In this document: piece by piece, positions 1-8,647 of the stretch | How the letters are laid out: the number at the start of each line of letters is the position of its first letter | How positions within the stretch are numbered: position 1 is the stretch's first letter | NCBI GenBank assembly: GCA_963665665.1 | Contig: OY762428.1 | Location: 320,001 to 384,000 of the forward strand | Reading direction: 5' to 3' | Source of the DNA: Candidatus Kapaibacterium sp. | Lineage (GTDB): Bacteria > Bacteroidota > Ignavibacteria > Kapaibacteriales > UBA2268 | DNA: 64,000 nucleotides | Made by a program: the position numbers and the translations under genes | The notes under the pieces: generated by a model | The model's input: only the letters and a program-made list of their open reading frames with translations | Told to the model about the DNA's origin: nothing | The model's database searches: none

Positions 1-303
1 TTCCTGGCTGAGTATATCAATTTAGCAACAGCTGCCGCAATGCTCTCGCTTCTTTATTTTGGCGGTTGGAATATTCCATTCGATACCGGCCTTGAACCCG
101 GAAGTATCGGGCTTGCAATCGGCCAGTTTGTATTTTTCCTTATGAAAGTTGTATTCTTTATTATCTTCTTCATCTGGGTAAGATGGACAGTTCCGAGATT
201 CCGCTATGACCAGCTTATGAATCTGGGCTGGAAAGTTCTTCTGCCACTTGCTATATTCAATGTAGTTGTTACTGCCGTGGGAGTTTACATTTTCAATAAT
301 TGA
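1..303 (+). CDS. nuoH: NADH-quinone oxidoreductase subunit H, 3' part (runs off window start)
   Basis: FLAEY...LYFGGW and FIWVRWTVPRFRYDQLMNLGWK motifs; frame open from base 1; directly upstream of nuoI. Confidence 0.95.
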   Translation, partial: FLAEYINLATAAAMLSLLYFGGWNIPFDTGLEPGSIGLAIGQFVFFLMKVVFFIIFFIWVRWTVPRFRYDQLMNLGWKVLLPLAIFNVVVTAVGVYIFNN

Positions 304-342
304 TATGCTGTTTAATTAAAAAAGCTATTAACGAGGATATAA

Positions 343-840
343 ATGAATAATAAAAATAACACCGAAGCAAAAAGATTATCATTCTGGGAAAAGCTTTATA
401 TCCCGGAAATAGCCCGCGGCCTCGGGTTAACTCTGAAACAGGCTTTCAAGCCGAAATTCACAAGGCAGTACCCAGAGGAAAAATGGGAACCCGAAGGCTC
501 ATACAGGGGGCGGCCCGTGCTGGTGCAGGAAGAAGAAGGCGAGCGTTGCGTAGCGTGCGGACTTTGCTCCAGGGTTTGTCCGGCACTTGCCATAGAAGTT
601 CAGGCTGCTGAAACAGACAGGGAAAAAGAACGTTACCCTGAAAAATTCGAAATAAATATGCTGCGTTGCATTTTCTGTGGCTTCTGCGAAGAGGTTTGCC
701 CAGAAGAAGCGATTGTAATGAGTAAAGAATACCACATGGTATTCGAATCACAGAAGGAAGCGATCCTTGGGAAGGACAGGCTGTTGATCCCTGCGGATGA
801 GCTTCGCGACAGGCTCGATTACCTGCGTGATTACAGATAA
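343..840 (+). CDS. nuoI: NADH-quinone oxidoreductase subunit I
   Basis: T.QYPEE, CVACGLCSRVCP and RCIFCGFCEEVCPEEAI two-[4Fe-4S] motifs. Confidence 0.95.
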   Translation: MNNKNNTEAKRLSFWEKLYIPEIARGLGLTLKQAFKPKFTRQYPEEKWEPEGSYRGRPVLVQEEEGERCVACGLCSRVCPALAIEVQAAETDREKERYPEKFEINMLRCIFCGFCEEVCPEEAIVMSKEYHMVFESQKEAILGKDRLLIPADELRDRLDYLRDYR

Positions 841-863
841 ATTTCATTTTGTAAAATTTTTAT

Positions 864-893
864 GGCTGTTCTGTTTCTGAACAGCCTTTTTTT
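864..893 (+). terminator. Intrinsic terminator after nuoI
   Basis: GGCTGTTC-loop-GAACAGCC followed by T7. Confidence 0.8.
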
Positions 894-1219
894 ATTACAA
901 AAAATTAGAAGGCTAATCATTTATTTCATTTTTTACAAAACTTAAAAATGACCGTTTTTTTATTTAGCGGTTTTATCTAAAATTCATATTTATTGCTAAA
1001 TAATTGATACTTAATATTATTATATTATTTTTGCTAATTCAGGTCCCGATTATTCACTTAGATATCAGAATATCTCCCTTGCTAATAATTAAGCATGTAT
1101 AATTATTATATTAGTTACGCCTTGCAATTATTTACACATTTTTTCTTAAAATTATACCATTTTCCTGAAATATTGCCCTTTGATAATATGTAATCTTAAT
1201 TATATTGGAAATACAGTAA

Positions 1220-1681
1220 TTGATATTTAAAAATACTAAGATCAAACCAATGGACAAAAACAATAACCCCAGGATGTACAGCATCAGCCAAGCCGCCGAT
1301 CTGGCAGGAATATCAGTCCATACAGTAAGATTGTATGAAAGAACATACCTTATCAGACCATTGAAAAAGAAAAACAGAAACAGGCTTTATTCGCAAAACG
1401 ATATAAACAGGATAAACTGGATTAGAAATGCAATCAAAGTAAAAAAATATACAATTCCTTCACTGAATGTGATATTCTCACTAATTCCCTGTTGGCATGT
1501 TACAAATTGCGATTTGGAGGTAAGAAATGAATGCCCGGCATACCATAATACAGAAAGGCCCTGCTGGTCTTATAAAAATATTTGTATTGAATGCGAGAAT
1601 GATTGCAGAACCTGCAAAGTTTACAACGAGTATATCGAAGCGGAAAAAATTAAATCTATAATAAGAGAAAACCTAAAATAA
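1220..1681 (+). CDS. MerR/HspR-like transcriptional regulator with Cys-rich two-CW C-terminal domain (true start probably a downstream ATG)
   Basis: YSISQAADLAGISVHTVRLYER...RLYSQND HTH; C-terminal CWHVTNC...CPAY...CWSY..C..C...C..C. Confidence 0.8.
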   Translation: MIFKNTKIKPMDKNNNPRMYSISQAADLAGISVHTVRLYERTYLIRPLKKKNRNRLYSQNDINRINWIRNAIKVKKYTIPSLNVIFSLIPCWHVTNCDLEVRNECPAYHNTERPCWSYKNICIECENDCRTCKVYNEYIEAEKIKSIIRENLK

Positions 1682-1695
1682 TTCTAAGGTGTTTC

Positions 1696-3273
1696 ATGAG
1701 GAAAGTAATTATTGCAGTTATCGTTATGTCAGTTCTATGGCTGATTTACTTTATCAATTTTGATAGCAAGAACATGAAGCTGGCAATATTGAAACAGGAA
1801 ACGGAAAAAATTGCTGAAAGGCCCCAAGTTGTGGATCATTCAAAATTTGCCGTCCTGCAAAAGGATTTCAAAAGTGGGCAGGAAGTTACTGAAGCCTGCC
1901 TATCCTGCCATACCGAAAGGCACAAAGAGCTACTGAATTCATCGCATTTCAAATGGGAACGCGAAGAATATATCAAGGGGAGGGGAATTGTCAGTATTGG
2001 CAAAAAGAATCTTATTAATAATTTTTGTATCGGAATAGCTGGCAGCGAGGGTATGTGTAATAAATGCCACGCAGGCTACGGATGGGCCGATACAACATTT
2101 AATTTCGACGAAGCACATAACATCGACTGCCTTGTATGCCATGATAATTCCGGCGATTATAAAAAGGGAAATATGCTGGCCGGCAACCCGGCTCCGGAGG
2201 TTGACCTTGCGCACGCTGCCACAAATGTCGGGCTTCCGAAGAAAGAAAATTGCGGTAGCTGTCATTTCCTTAGCGGGGGCGGGAATAACGTAAAGCATGG
2301 CGACCTGGAAATGGCATTAGTAAGTACTACAAAAAATATTGATGTCCACATGGGACAGGATGGTGCTGACATGGAGTGTATTGTTTGCCATACTGCCGAA
2401 AATCACAATATCAAGGGAAAGATGTACTCTGTATCTTCCATGAATGAAAACAGGGTGGAATGTGAATCATGCCATTCCGAATCGCCCCACTCGGAAAGCA
2501 TATTGAACGAACATACCGTGAAAGTGGGATGTCAAACATGCCACATTCCAAAATATGCAAAAGTTAATTCAACAAAAATGCACTGGGACTGGTCTAAAGC
2601 CTGTAAAACTATGGATCCGAATTATCACGAAACCGACAGTCTTGGCAATCACGTTTACCTTGGAAAAAAAGGACGATTTGTATGGCAGAGAAATGTTGTT
2701 CCCGAATATGTATTTTTCAACGGAACGGCTGATCACTACCTTATGGGTGATAAAATTCCGGAGGGGGCAAAAGTTGTAAATATTAATACCCTGAATGGCT
2801 CTTATGCCGATAAGGACTCAAAAATTATCCCGGTAAAAATTCACAGGACAAGCCAGCCTTATGATCCTGTTAACAGGTTGTTGATACAACCCAAATTATG
2901 GGATGCGGAATATGGTAATAAAGCTCTTTGGGTTGATTGTAAAACAACTCCTATAGTTGAAATGTGGGGAGTTGCTTCGAAAGCAGGAATGGACTATATC
3001 GGGCTTCCCTATTCGGGAAAATATGATTTTATAAATTCCGCAATGTACTGGCCAGTTAATCACATGGTATCAGAAGCGGACTCTTCGTTAACATGTAATG
3101 ATTGTCATGTCCGTGAAAACGGAAGGCTTGAGCAATTAAGTGGTTTTTATATGCCGGGCCGGGATTACAATTCTATTATTGATTTCCTGGGAATATTTAC
3201 ATTTATCGCTTCAATTGCCGGAATTGCTATCCATGCAATCATAAGGGTAATAACATATAACAGAAACAAATAA
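1696..3273 (+). CDS. otr: Octaheme c-type cytochrome, tetrathionate reductase (OTR) family
   Basis: Eight CxxCH motifs (CLSCH, CNKCH, CLVCH, CGSCH, CIVCH, CESCH, CQTCH, CNDCH); DHSKF, GKKNLINNFCI, VKHGDL, YWPVNHMV; N-terminal signal and C-terminal TM helix. Confidence 0.92.
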   Translation: MRKVIIAVIVMSVLWLIYFINFDSKNMKLAILKQETEKIAERPQVVDHSKFAVLQKDFKSGQEVTEACLSCHTERHKELLNSSHFKWEREEYIKGRGIVSIGKKNLINNFCIGIAGSEGMCNKCHAGYGWADTTFNFDEAHNIDCLVCHDNSGDYKKGNMLAGNPAPEVDLAHAATNVGLPKKENCGSCHFLSGGGNNVKHGDLEMALVSTTKNIDVHMGQDGADMECIVCHTAENHNIKGKMYSVSSMNENRVECESCHSESPHSESILNEHTVKVGCQTCHIPKYAKVNSTKMHWDWSKACKTMDPNYHETDSLGNHVYLGKKGRFVWQRNVVPEYVFFNGTADHYLMGDKIPEGAKVVNINTLNGSYADKDSKIIPVKIHRTSQPYDPVNRLLIQPKLWDAEYGNKALWVDCKTTPIVEMWGVASKAGMDYIGLPYSGKYDFINSAMYWPVNHMVSEADSSLTCNDCHVRENGRLEQLSGFYMPGRDYNSIIDFLGIFTFIASIAGIAIHAIIRVITYNRNK

Positions 3274-3285
3274 AGAGAATTACAA

Positions 3286-3957
3286 ATGAAAAAAGTTTAT
3301 ATATATGATACATTCAACAGGTTCTGGCACTGGCTACAGGCATTGTTAATATTCTTCCTGGGCCTGACAGGCTTTGAAATACACGGTTCATTCCGGTTGT
3401 TTGGATTCGAAACTGCGGTATACTGGCATAATATTTCAGCAATATCATTGATCCTTCTTGTTGTTCTGGCCATATTCTGGCATTTTACCAGCGGAACATG
3501 GAAGCAATATATCCCTACAACTAAAAACCTGATTGCCCAAATCAGATATTATACTGTGGATATATTCAAAAACGGCCCACACCCCGTTAAGAAAACAGTG
3601 CTCAGCAAGCTTAACCCGCTTCAGAAACTGGTTTACCTCGGGCTGAAATTGCTTGTGATACCTGTAATGGTAATTTCCGGGCTTTTTTACATGCTGTACC
3701 GATACCCGCAAAGTGGCGAAATAAAAAGCCTGAATATTGAAGGTCTTGAAATTATTGCATGGGTACATACTGCCGGAGCTTTCGTTCTGCTTTCCTTCGT
3801 TGTTGTCCATATTTATTTAATTACAACCGGACATACATTAAGTTCCAACCTGAAAGCAATGGTAACAGGTTACGAAGAACTGGAAGATGATGATGAAAAT
3901 GATAAGAATAAGAATAAAGATATTTCTGACAACAATCTTGCCGGGGAGTTAAAATGA
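3286..3957 (+). CDS. Cytochrome b/b6-domain membrane subunit (Ni/Fe-hydrogenase cyt b / PhsC-like)
   Basis: RFWHWLQA, LTGFEIH, KLNPLQKL.Y, H..GAF...HIYL; four TM helices with heme His ligands. Confidence 0.88.
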   Translation: MKKVYIYDTFNRFWHWLQALLIFFLGLTGFEIHGSFRLFGFETAVYWHNISAISLILLVVLAIFWHFTSGTWKQYIPTTKNLIAQIRYYTVDIFKNGPHPVKKTVLSKLNPLQKLVYLGLKLLVIPVMVISGLFYMLYRYPQSGEIKSLNIEGLEIIAWVHTAGAFVLLSFVVVHIYLITTGHTLSSNLKAMVTGYEELEDDDENDKNKNKDISDNNLAGELK

Positions 3958-4478
3958 AACAAACAGACAAAAACAAATATGCCAACCCTTATGTTGCAGG
4001 ATTTTTACTGGGGCTGGTATTGTTAGCAGCTTTCTATCTTACCGGCAGAGGCCTCGGGGCATCCGGTGCAGTCAAAAGCGTTGTGGTTACTGCCGTGAAA
4101 GGAGTGTCGGAAAGTCATGTTGAATCTAAAGAATTTTATGCCAAATACAACGAATCACACGATGGAATTCCAATTAAAGCCTGGCTTGTATTCCTTGCAG
4201 GCGGGGTTTTGCTCGGTGGAGCAGTTTCTGGTATCAGGGCCGGCAGGTTTGGATTTAAAATTGATAAAGGCCCGAATATAAGTGTAAAGCTAAGATTATT
4301 CCTGGCTTTGGCCGGAGGCGCCCTATTCGGGTTCGGAGCTCAACTTGGAAGGGGATGTACTTCCGGTTCAGCCCTGAGCGGCATGGCAGTTTTATCAACA
4401 GCGGGATTCGTATCAATGCTTTCAATATTCGGTGGTGCGTTCCTTTTCGCTTACTTTTTTAGAAAACTTTGGATTTAA
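3954..4478 (+). CDS. YeeE/YedE sulfur-transport family protein
   Basis: NPYVAG..LG, GLGASG, GRGCTSGSALSG; ATGA-type overlap with the cyt b gene. Confidence 0.88.
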   Translation: MKQTDKNKYANPYVAGFLLGLVLLAAFYLTGRGLGASGAVKSVVVTAVKGVSESHVESKEFYAKYNESHDGIPIKAWLVFLAGGVLLGGAVSGIRAGRFGFKIDKGPNISVKLRLFLALAGGALFGFGAQLGRGCTSGSALSGMAVLSTAGFVSMLSIFGGAFLFAYFFRKLWI

Positions 4479-4498
4479 AACAAACTTGGAAATAGATC

Positions 4499-5701
4499 AT
4501 GGGACCTTTAGTGCCTTTTGGAATTATTGGATCAGAATTTAACTACCTGATTGCAGCCCTTATTGGTTTTGCATTTGGATATATTCTGGAAAGGGCTGGT
4601 TTTTCTACGTCAAGAAAACTTGTCGGCGTATTTTATGGTTATGATTTTGTTGTTCTCAGGGTATTTTTTACTGCTGCCGCAACAGCAATGACGGGATTGA
4701 TTGTTCTTGATTATCTTGGCTTCATTGATTTTAGTTTTATATATATCAACCCACTGTTCACATGGCCGATGATAGTTGGTGGCATCATTATGGGATTTGG
4801 ATTCATTCTTGGTGGATTTTGTCCTGGAACAAGTATGGCTGCTGCTGCAATTGGAAAAATTGACGCAATGGTATTTTTACTTGGCAGTTTTATCGGAATA
4901 TTTTTCTTCGGGGAAATATTCAGCGGAATTAAAGATTTCTACCTGAGCGGCTCGATGGGGCCAATATTCGTTTATGATTCTCTCGGTATCTCAAGAAGCC
5001 TCTTTGCAGCTATTCTCGGAGTTATTTCAATAGTATCGTTCATAGTAACTTCTGTAATTGAGAAAAAAGTAAGTTATGGCATCGAACCTAATCACCCGAA
5101 ATATAAAATGGCCATTCCGGCTATAACGATTGGATTCGCGGCGGCAATTATTATTTTGATCTTACCCGACGAACGCGAGGGATTAATTGATAAACCGGCT
5201 GATCAAATTGCTGCCGAATATAGTGATGATCTTCGTTATATATCACCGGAAGAAGCTGCTTACGAGATATATTACAACACAGGAAAATTCAATTTTATTG
5301 ATGTTCGAAGCCCTGAAGAATACAAGAAAATGTGTATGCCAAAAGCATTTAATATTGAAACCCAAAATATGCAGAACAAAGCAAACAGCGCATACCTGAA
5401 CCAACCGGGAAAAACAGCCGTATTCTATTCAAAAAACGAGGATGAAGCCGCCAAAGCATTTATTATTGCCCAAAAAGAGGGGTTTTCAAATATTGCAATT
5501 CTAAAGGACGGATTCAGTAACTTCGCGGATAAGTATATTACCGGGAAAGCAAAGATTGGCAGAGCTGCATTTATTGGCGGAAACACAGAAAACTTTCAGG
5601 ACAAAGTTATCAGTTTATTCAAATCGGATTCAACTTTGACCAAACCCAGAAAGAAAAAAGAAATAGTTGTAAAAGCAGTTAAAGTTCAGGGTGGATGTTA
5701 G
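4499..5701 (+). CDS. YeeE/YedE domain fused to a degenerate rhodanese-like domain
   Basis: FGYILERAGF, GFCPGTS (YeeE); FIDVRSPEEY...LKDGF (rhodanese fold); ends KVQGGC. Confidence 0.85.
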   Translation: MGPLVPFGIIGSEFNYLIAALIGFAFGYILERAGFSTSRKLVGVFYGYDFVVLRVFFTAAATAMTGLIVLDYLGFIDFSFIYINPLFTWPMIVGGIIMGFGFILGGFCPGTSMAAAAIGKIDAMVFLLGSFIGIFFFGEIFSGIKDFYLSGSMGPIFVYDSLGISRSLFAAILGVISIVSFIVTSVIEKKVSYGIEPNHPKYKMAIPAITIGFAAAIIILILPDEREGLIDKPADQIAAEYSDDLRYISPEEAAYEIYYNTGKFNFIDVRSPEEYKKMCMPKAFNIETQNMQNKANSAYLNQPGKTAVFYSKNEDEAAKAFIIAQKEGFSNIAILKDGFSNFADKYITGKAKIGRAAFIGGNTENFQDKVISLFKSDSTLTKPRKKKEIVVKAVKVQGGC

Positions 5702-5733
5702 GCAAACAAACGTATTGTAACTATAGAAAAATA

Positions 5734-5766
5734 AAAGGGCTGTCAATTTGGCAGCCTTTCTTTTTT
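5734..5766 (+). terminator. Intrinsic terminator of the otr operon
   Basis: AAAGGGCTGTCA-loop-TGGCAGCCTTT then T-run. Confidence 0.75.
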
Positions 5767-5946
5767 GCAAAGTACCATCTCTTTTTTTAAAATTATTAGC
5801 GATATATTGAATATAAATATTTATTATCCGGCCTCTCCGCTCAGTATGACTTCATAAATTCAGAATAAAGAGACATTGCATCTAAAGAGGCGAACTGTTT
5901 TTTTCGCAAATAAAAGAAGTTTTATTTAAAATCGATATTAAAATTA

Positions 5947-5954
5947 TATATTTG
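5947..5954 (+). promoter_or_regulatory. Bacteroidota-type -7 promoter box (TAnnTTTG)
   Basis: TATATTTG about 45 bp upstream of the SRAP ATG. Confidence 0.45.
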
Positions 5955-5998
5955 AATATAATACTTTCTTTCAATAATTTATTTAACTGGAAATACAA

Positions 5999-6673
5999 AT
6001 GTGCGGAAGATTTGCTTTATCTGCAAAAACTGAAGATGTTGAAAAACTGGTAAAACCTTCGAGGTTTACCAAAGAATTGGTGTCAAGATATAATATAGCA
6101 CCTTCGCAGAAAATTCATATTCTCAGGAATAATTCTGATAATATTGCCGAGGAATTCCGATGGGGGCTGATACCTTCGTGGGCAAAGGATATTTCTATCG
6201 CTAATAAAATGATAAATGCCCGCTCGGAAAGTCTTTCAGAAAAACCTGCTTTCAGGAATCTTCTGAAATCAAAGAGATGCCTGATTTACGCTGACGGTTT
6301 CTATGAATGGAGAAAAGGCGGACGGTCGAAAATACCGTATTTTATTCATTTCAAAGATTCAAGGCCCTTTACATTTGCCGGCCTCTGGGATAAGTGGATC
6401 AGCCCGGATGGAGAGATAATCGAATCGGCTGTTATCATTACCACCGAACCCAATTCTGTAGTCGCACCGATACACAATCGTATGCCGGTAATTTTGAAAC
6501 CTGAATTCAGGAAATCATGGCTGTATGAAGATTTTTCAAACATCAACACAGAAGAATTATTAATTCCTTGTAATCCAGATGAGATGGAAGCATTCGAGGT
6601 TTCAACAATGGTTAACAGCCCTGTAAATGATTCGCCTGAATGTATTCAGGCTCCGGAGGGCCGCTTATTCTGA
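5999..6673 (+). CDS. yedK: SOS response-associated peptidase (SRAP/HMCES, abasic-site protecting protein)
   Basis: N-terminal MCGRF, YNIAP, WGLIPSW, INARSE, GFYEW, IHNRMP. Confidence 0.93.
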   Translation: MCGRFALSAKTEDVEKLVKPSRFTKELVSRYNIAPSQKIHILRNNSDNIAEEFRWGLIPSWAKDISIANKMINARSESLSEKPAFRNLLKSKRCLIYADGFYEWRKGGRSKIPYFIHFKDSRPFTFAGLWDKWISPDGEIIESAVIITTEPNSVVAPIHNRMPVILKPEFRKSWLYEDFSNINTEELLIPCNPDEMEAFEVSTMVNSPVNDSPECIQAPEGRLF

Positions 6674-6741
6674 CAGCAATAAAGAGAAAGTTTAATCGTG
6701 CAGAAAATGTATATTATTGAAATTATCGAAACAGGGATTTA

Positions 6742-7548
6742 ATGAAGATTGTTACATGGAATATAAACGGCTACAGATCGATCAGCGGCCAGAACCCAAG
6801 CAAGCGCTATGATAAAGTAACAAAAGAAAACAAGCTTTTTGAATATGTTGAAAATGAGAAACCCGACATCCTGATGATGCAGGAAACAAAGGCAAACGAA
6901 GACCAGATAAACGAAGAATTACGCTGTCCGCCGGGTTACCATGCCTATTACCATTCCTGCGAAGTAAAAAAAGGATATAGCGGAACAGCAATATTCACAA
7001 AGGAAGAACCAAAAGAAATAATCAGGAAATTCGGTATCGACAGGTTTGACGGCGAAGGGCGGGTTCTTGGGGCTGATTTCGGAGAATTCATCATTTTCAA
7101 TGTTTATTTCCCCAAAGGATATGCTGATTCCGAAAGGCTGACCTTTAAGCTCGATTTTTACGATGAATTTTTTGATTATGTCGAGAAATTAAGATCCGGA
7201 GGCAGAAAAATAATTGTTTCAGGCGATTACAATACTGCTCATAATGAGATCGACCTGGCACGTCCAAAACAAAATACAGGCACATCGGGATTTATGCCCG
7301 AGGAAAGAGTAAAACTTGACGAGTTGCAAAGCAGAGGGTGGGTTGACGCATTCCGGAAGTTCGAAAAGGAAAACGGACATTATACCTGGTGGAGCCAGCG
7401 CGGACGAGCACGTGAAAACAACGTTGGATGGCGTATTGATTACCATTGGCTGACTGAAGACCTGCTGCCTAATCTGAAAAATGCCTACCAGCAACCAGAA
7501 CAAACAGGCAGTGATCACTGTCCCGTTGTTGCTGAAATGGAATTTTAG
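6742..7548 (+). CDS. xth: Exodeoxyribonuclease III / AP endonuclease
   Basis: TWNING, QETK, GYSGT, GDYN.AH, YTWW, GWRIDY, SDHCPV. Confidence 0.95.
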   Translation: MKIVTWNINGYRSISGQNPSKRYDKVTKENKLFEYVENEKPDILMMQETKANEDQINEELRCPPGYHAYYHSCEVKKGYSGTAIFTKEEPKEIIRKFGIDRFDGEGRVLGADFGEFIIFNVYFPKGYADSERLTFKLDFYDEFFDYVEKLRSGGRKIIVSGDYNTAHNEIDLARPKQNTGTSGFMPEERVKLDELQSRGWVDAFRKFEKENGHYTWWSQRGRARENNVGWRIDYHWLTEDLLPNLKNAYQQPEQTGSDHCPVVAEMEF

Positions 7549-7680
7549 TATCTACCGAAAATATTTTGTACAATTCAAAATATTGAAAATAATTTCCTAC
7601 TTTGAAAATTAATTGAAATATTAATCGTTATAGATTTTGTGAATATTATTTTTGATTTCTTCATTGAAAATTAACCGGGT

Positions 7681-8352
7681 TTGTATATGAAAGTTTTGAT
7701 ACTGAATTGTCATAAAGAAGATAATGATGATATTAACCGGATTCTTGATCCTTTTATTAAGGGTATTGAAGAATCTGGAGCCGAAGTAGAGCAGATCGAT
7801 ACCCGATCGCTTGAAATCAGTCCCTGCCGGGGATGTACCTCATCGATTAGCTTCAAATCTGATGGGCATTGTTTCTGCGAAGATGATATGAATTCCTTAT
7901 ATCCAAAATTCAGAGAATCTGATATTTGGGTTTTCACATCTTCCGACGACGGGAATTGCAATAATCCCAAACTGATGAACATAATGGACAGAATGGAACC
8001 TCTTTTTCCGAAAACATTTGAAGATGATACTGATATGAAAGGAAAAATTGCTTTTATATCTACAACAAAATCAAATACCGGCGAAAAAATCCAAACTGTG
8101 GCCGATGAGTTTATGAGCATAAGTGCCCTGTTCAATAAAGAATATGCCGGTGCATTACTCAGGCCCCAGGCTTCGTCGATCAAAGTTGTGCAAAATCTTG
8201 GAGGAAATATCGATGATATTTTCCAGGCCGCCAAAGACGCTGGAAAGCAAATAATTTTAAACGGCAAAATTGAATCCAATACGATTAAAACATTTGAGAG
8301 AAGCCTTTTTGATGATAAAAAGCTTCTAGAAGTTCTTGCGTCAAAAGTATAA
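7681..8352 (+). CDS. Flavodoxin-fold protein related to iron-sulfur flavoprotein / NADPH-dependent FMN reductase
   Basis: MKVLILN start, GAEVE, PCRGC...HC.CEDDM, 'A..AGK' C-terminus; canonical FMN motifs degenerate. Confidence 0.7.
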   Translation: MYMKVLILNCHKEDNDDINRILDPFIKGIEESGAEVEQIDTRSLEISPCRGCTSSISFKSDGHCFCEDDMNSLYPKFRESDIWVFTSSDDGNCNNPKLMNIMDRMEPLFPKTFEDDTDMKGKIAFISTTKSNTGEKIQTVADEFMSISALFNKEYAGALLRPQASSIKVVQNLGGNIDDIFQAAKDAGKQIILNGKIESNTIKTFERSLFDDKKLLEVLASKV

Positions 8353-8373
8353 AATTAGCATTCAGAGCAATTT

Positions 8374-8402
8374 AAAAACCACCAGTTCTGGTGGTTTTTT
8401 TT
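8374..8402 (+). terminator. Intrinsic terminator
   Basis: AAAAACCACCAG-TT-CTGGTGGTTTTTTTT. Confidence 0.8.
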
Positions 8403-8647
8403 GTTAATCCTTTATTATCAACGATTACAATTGAAAACCCTCGGAAAATTTTAATGTAATATTCCTGAAAAGCAATATTTTTTCTAAAAACTTTAAACTT
8501 TTTCTTTTTCAATGTGTATATGAAACAAGAGTAATTTATCTTATTTTGAATTGTTATGATTTGTAACTATTTTTGAAATACACATATTGATTGCGAAATA
8601 TAGGTTTAAATGAAAGATTAACGAATATTAATGCAGAAGTCGGGAAA

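Noticed and set aside
5835-5885. Fragments resembling REP elements (CTCCGCTCAGTATGAC; AGAGACATTGCATCT)
   Set aside because: Single degenerate half-sites, not repeated in this window
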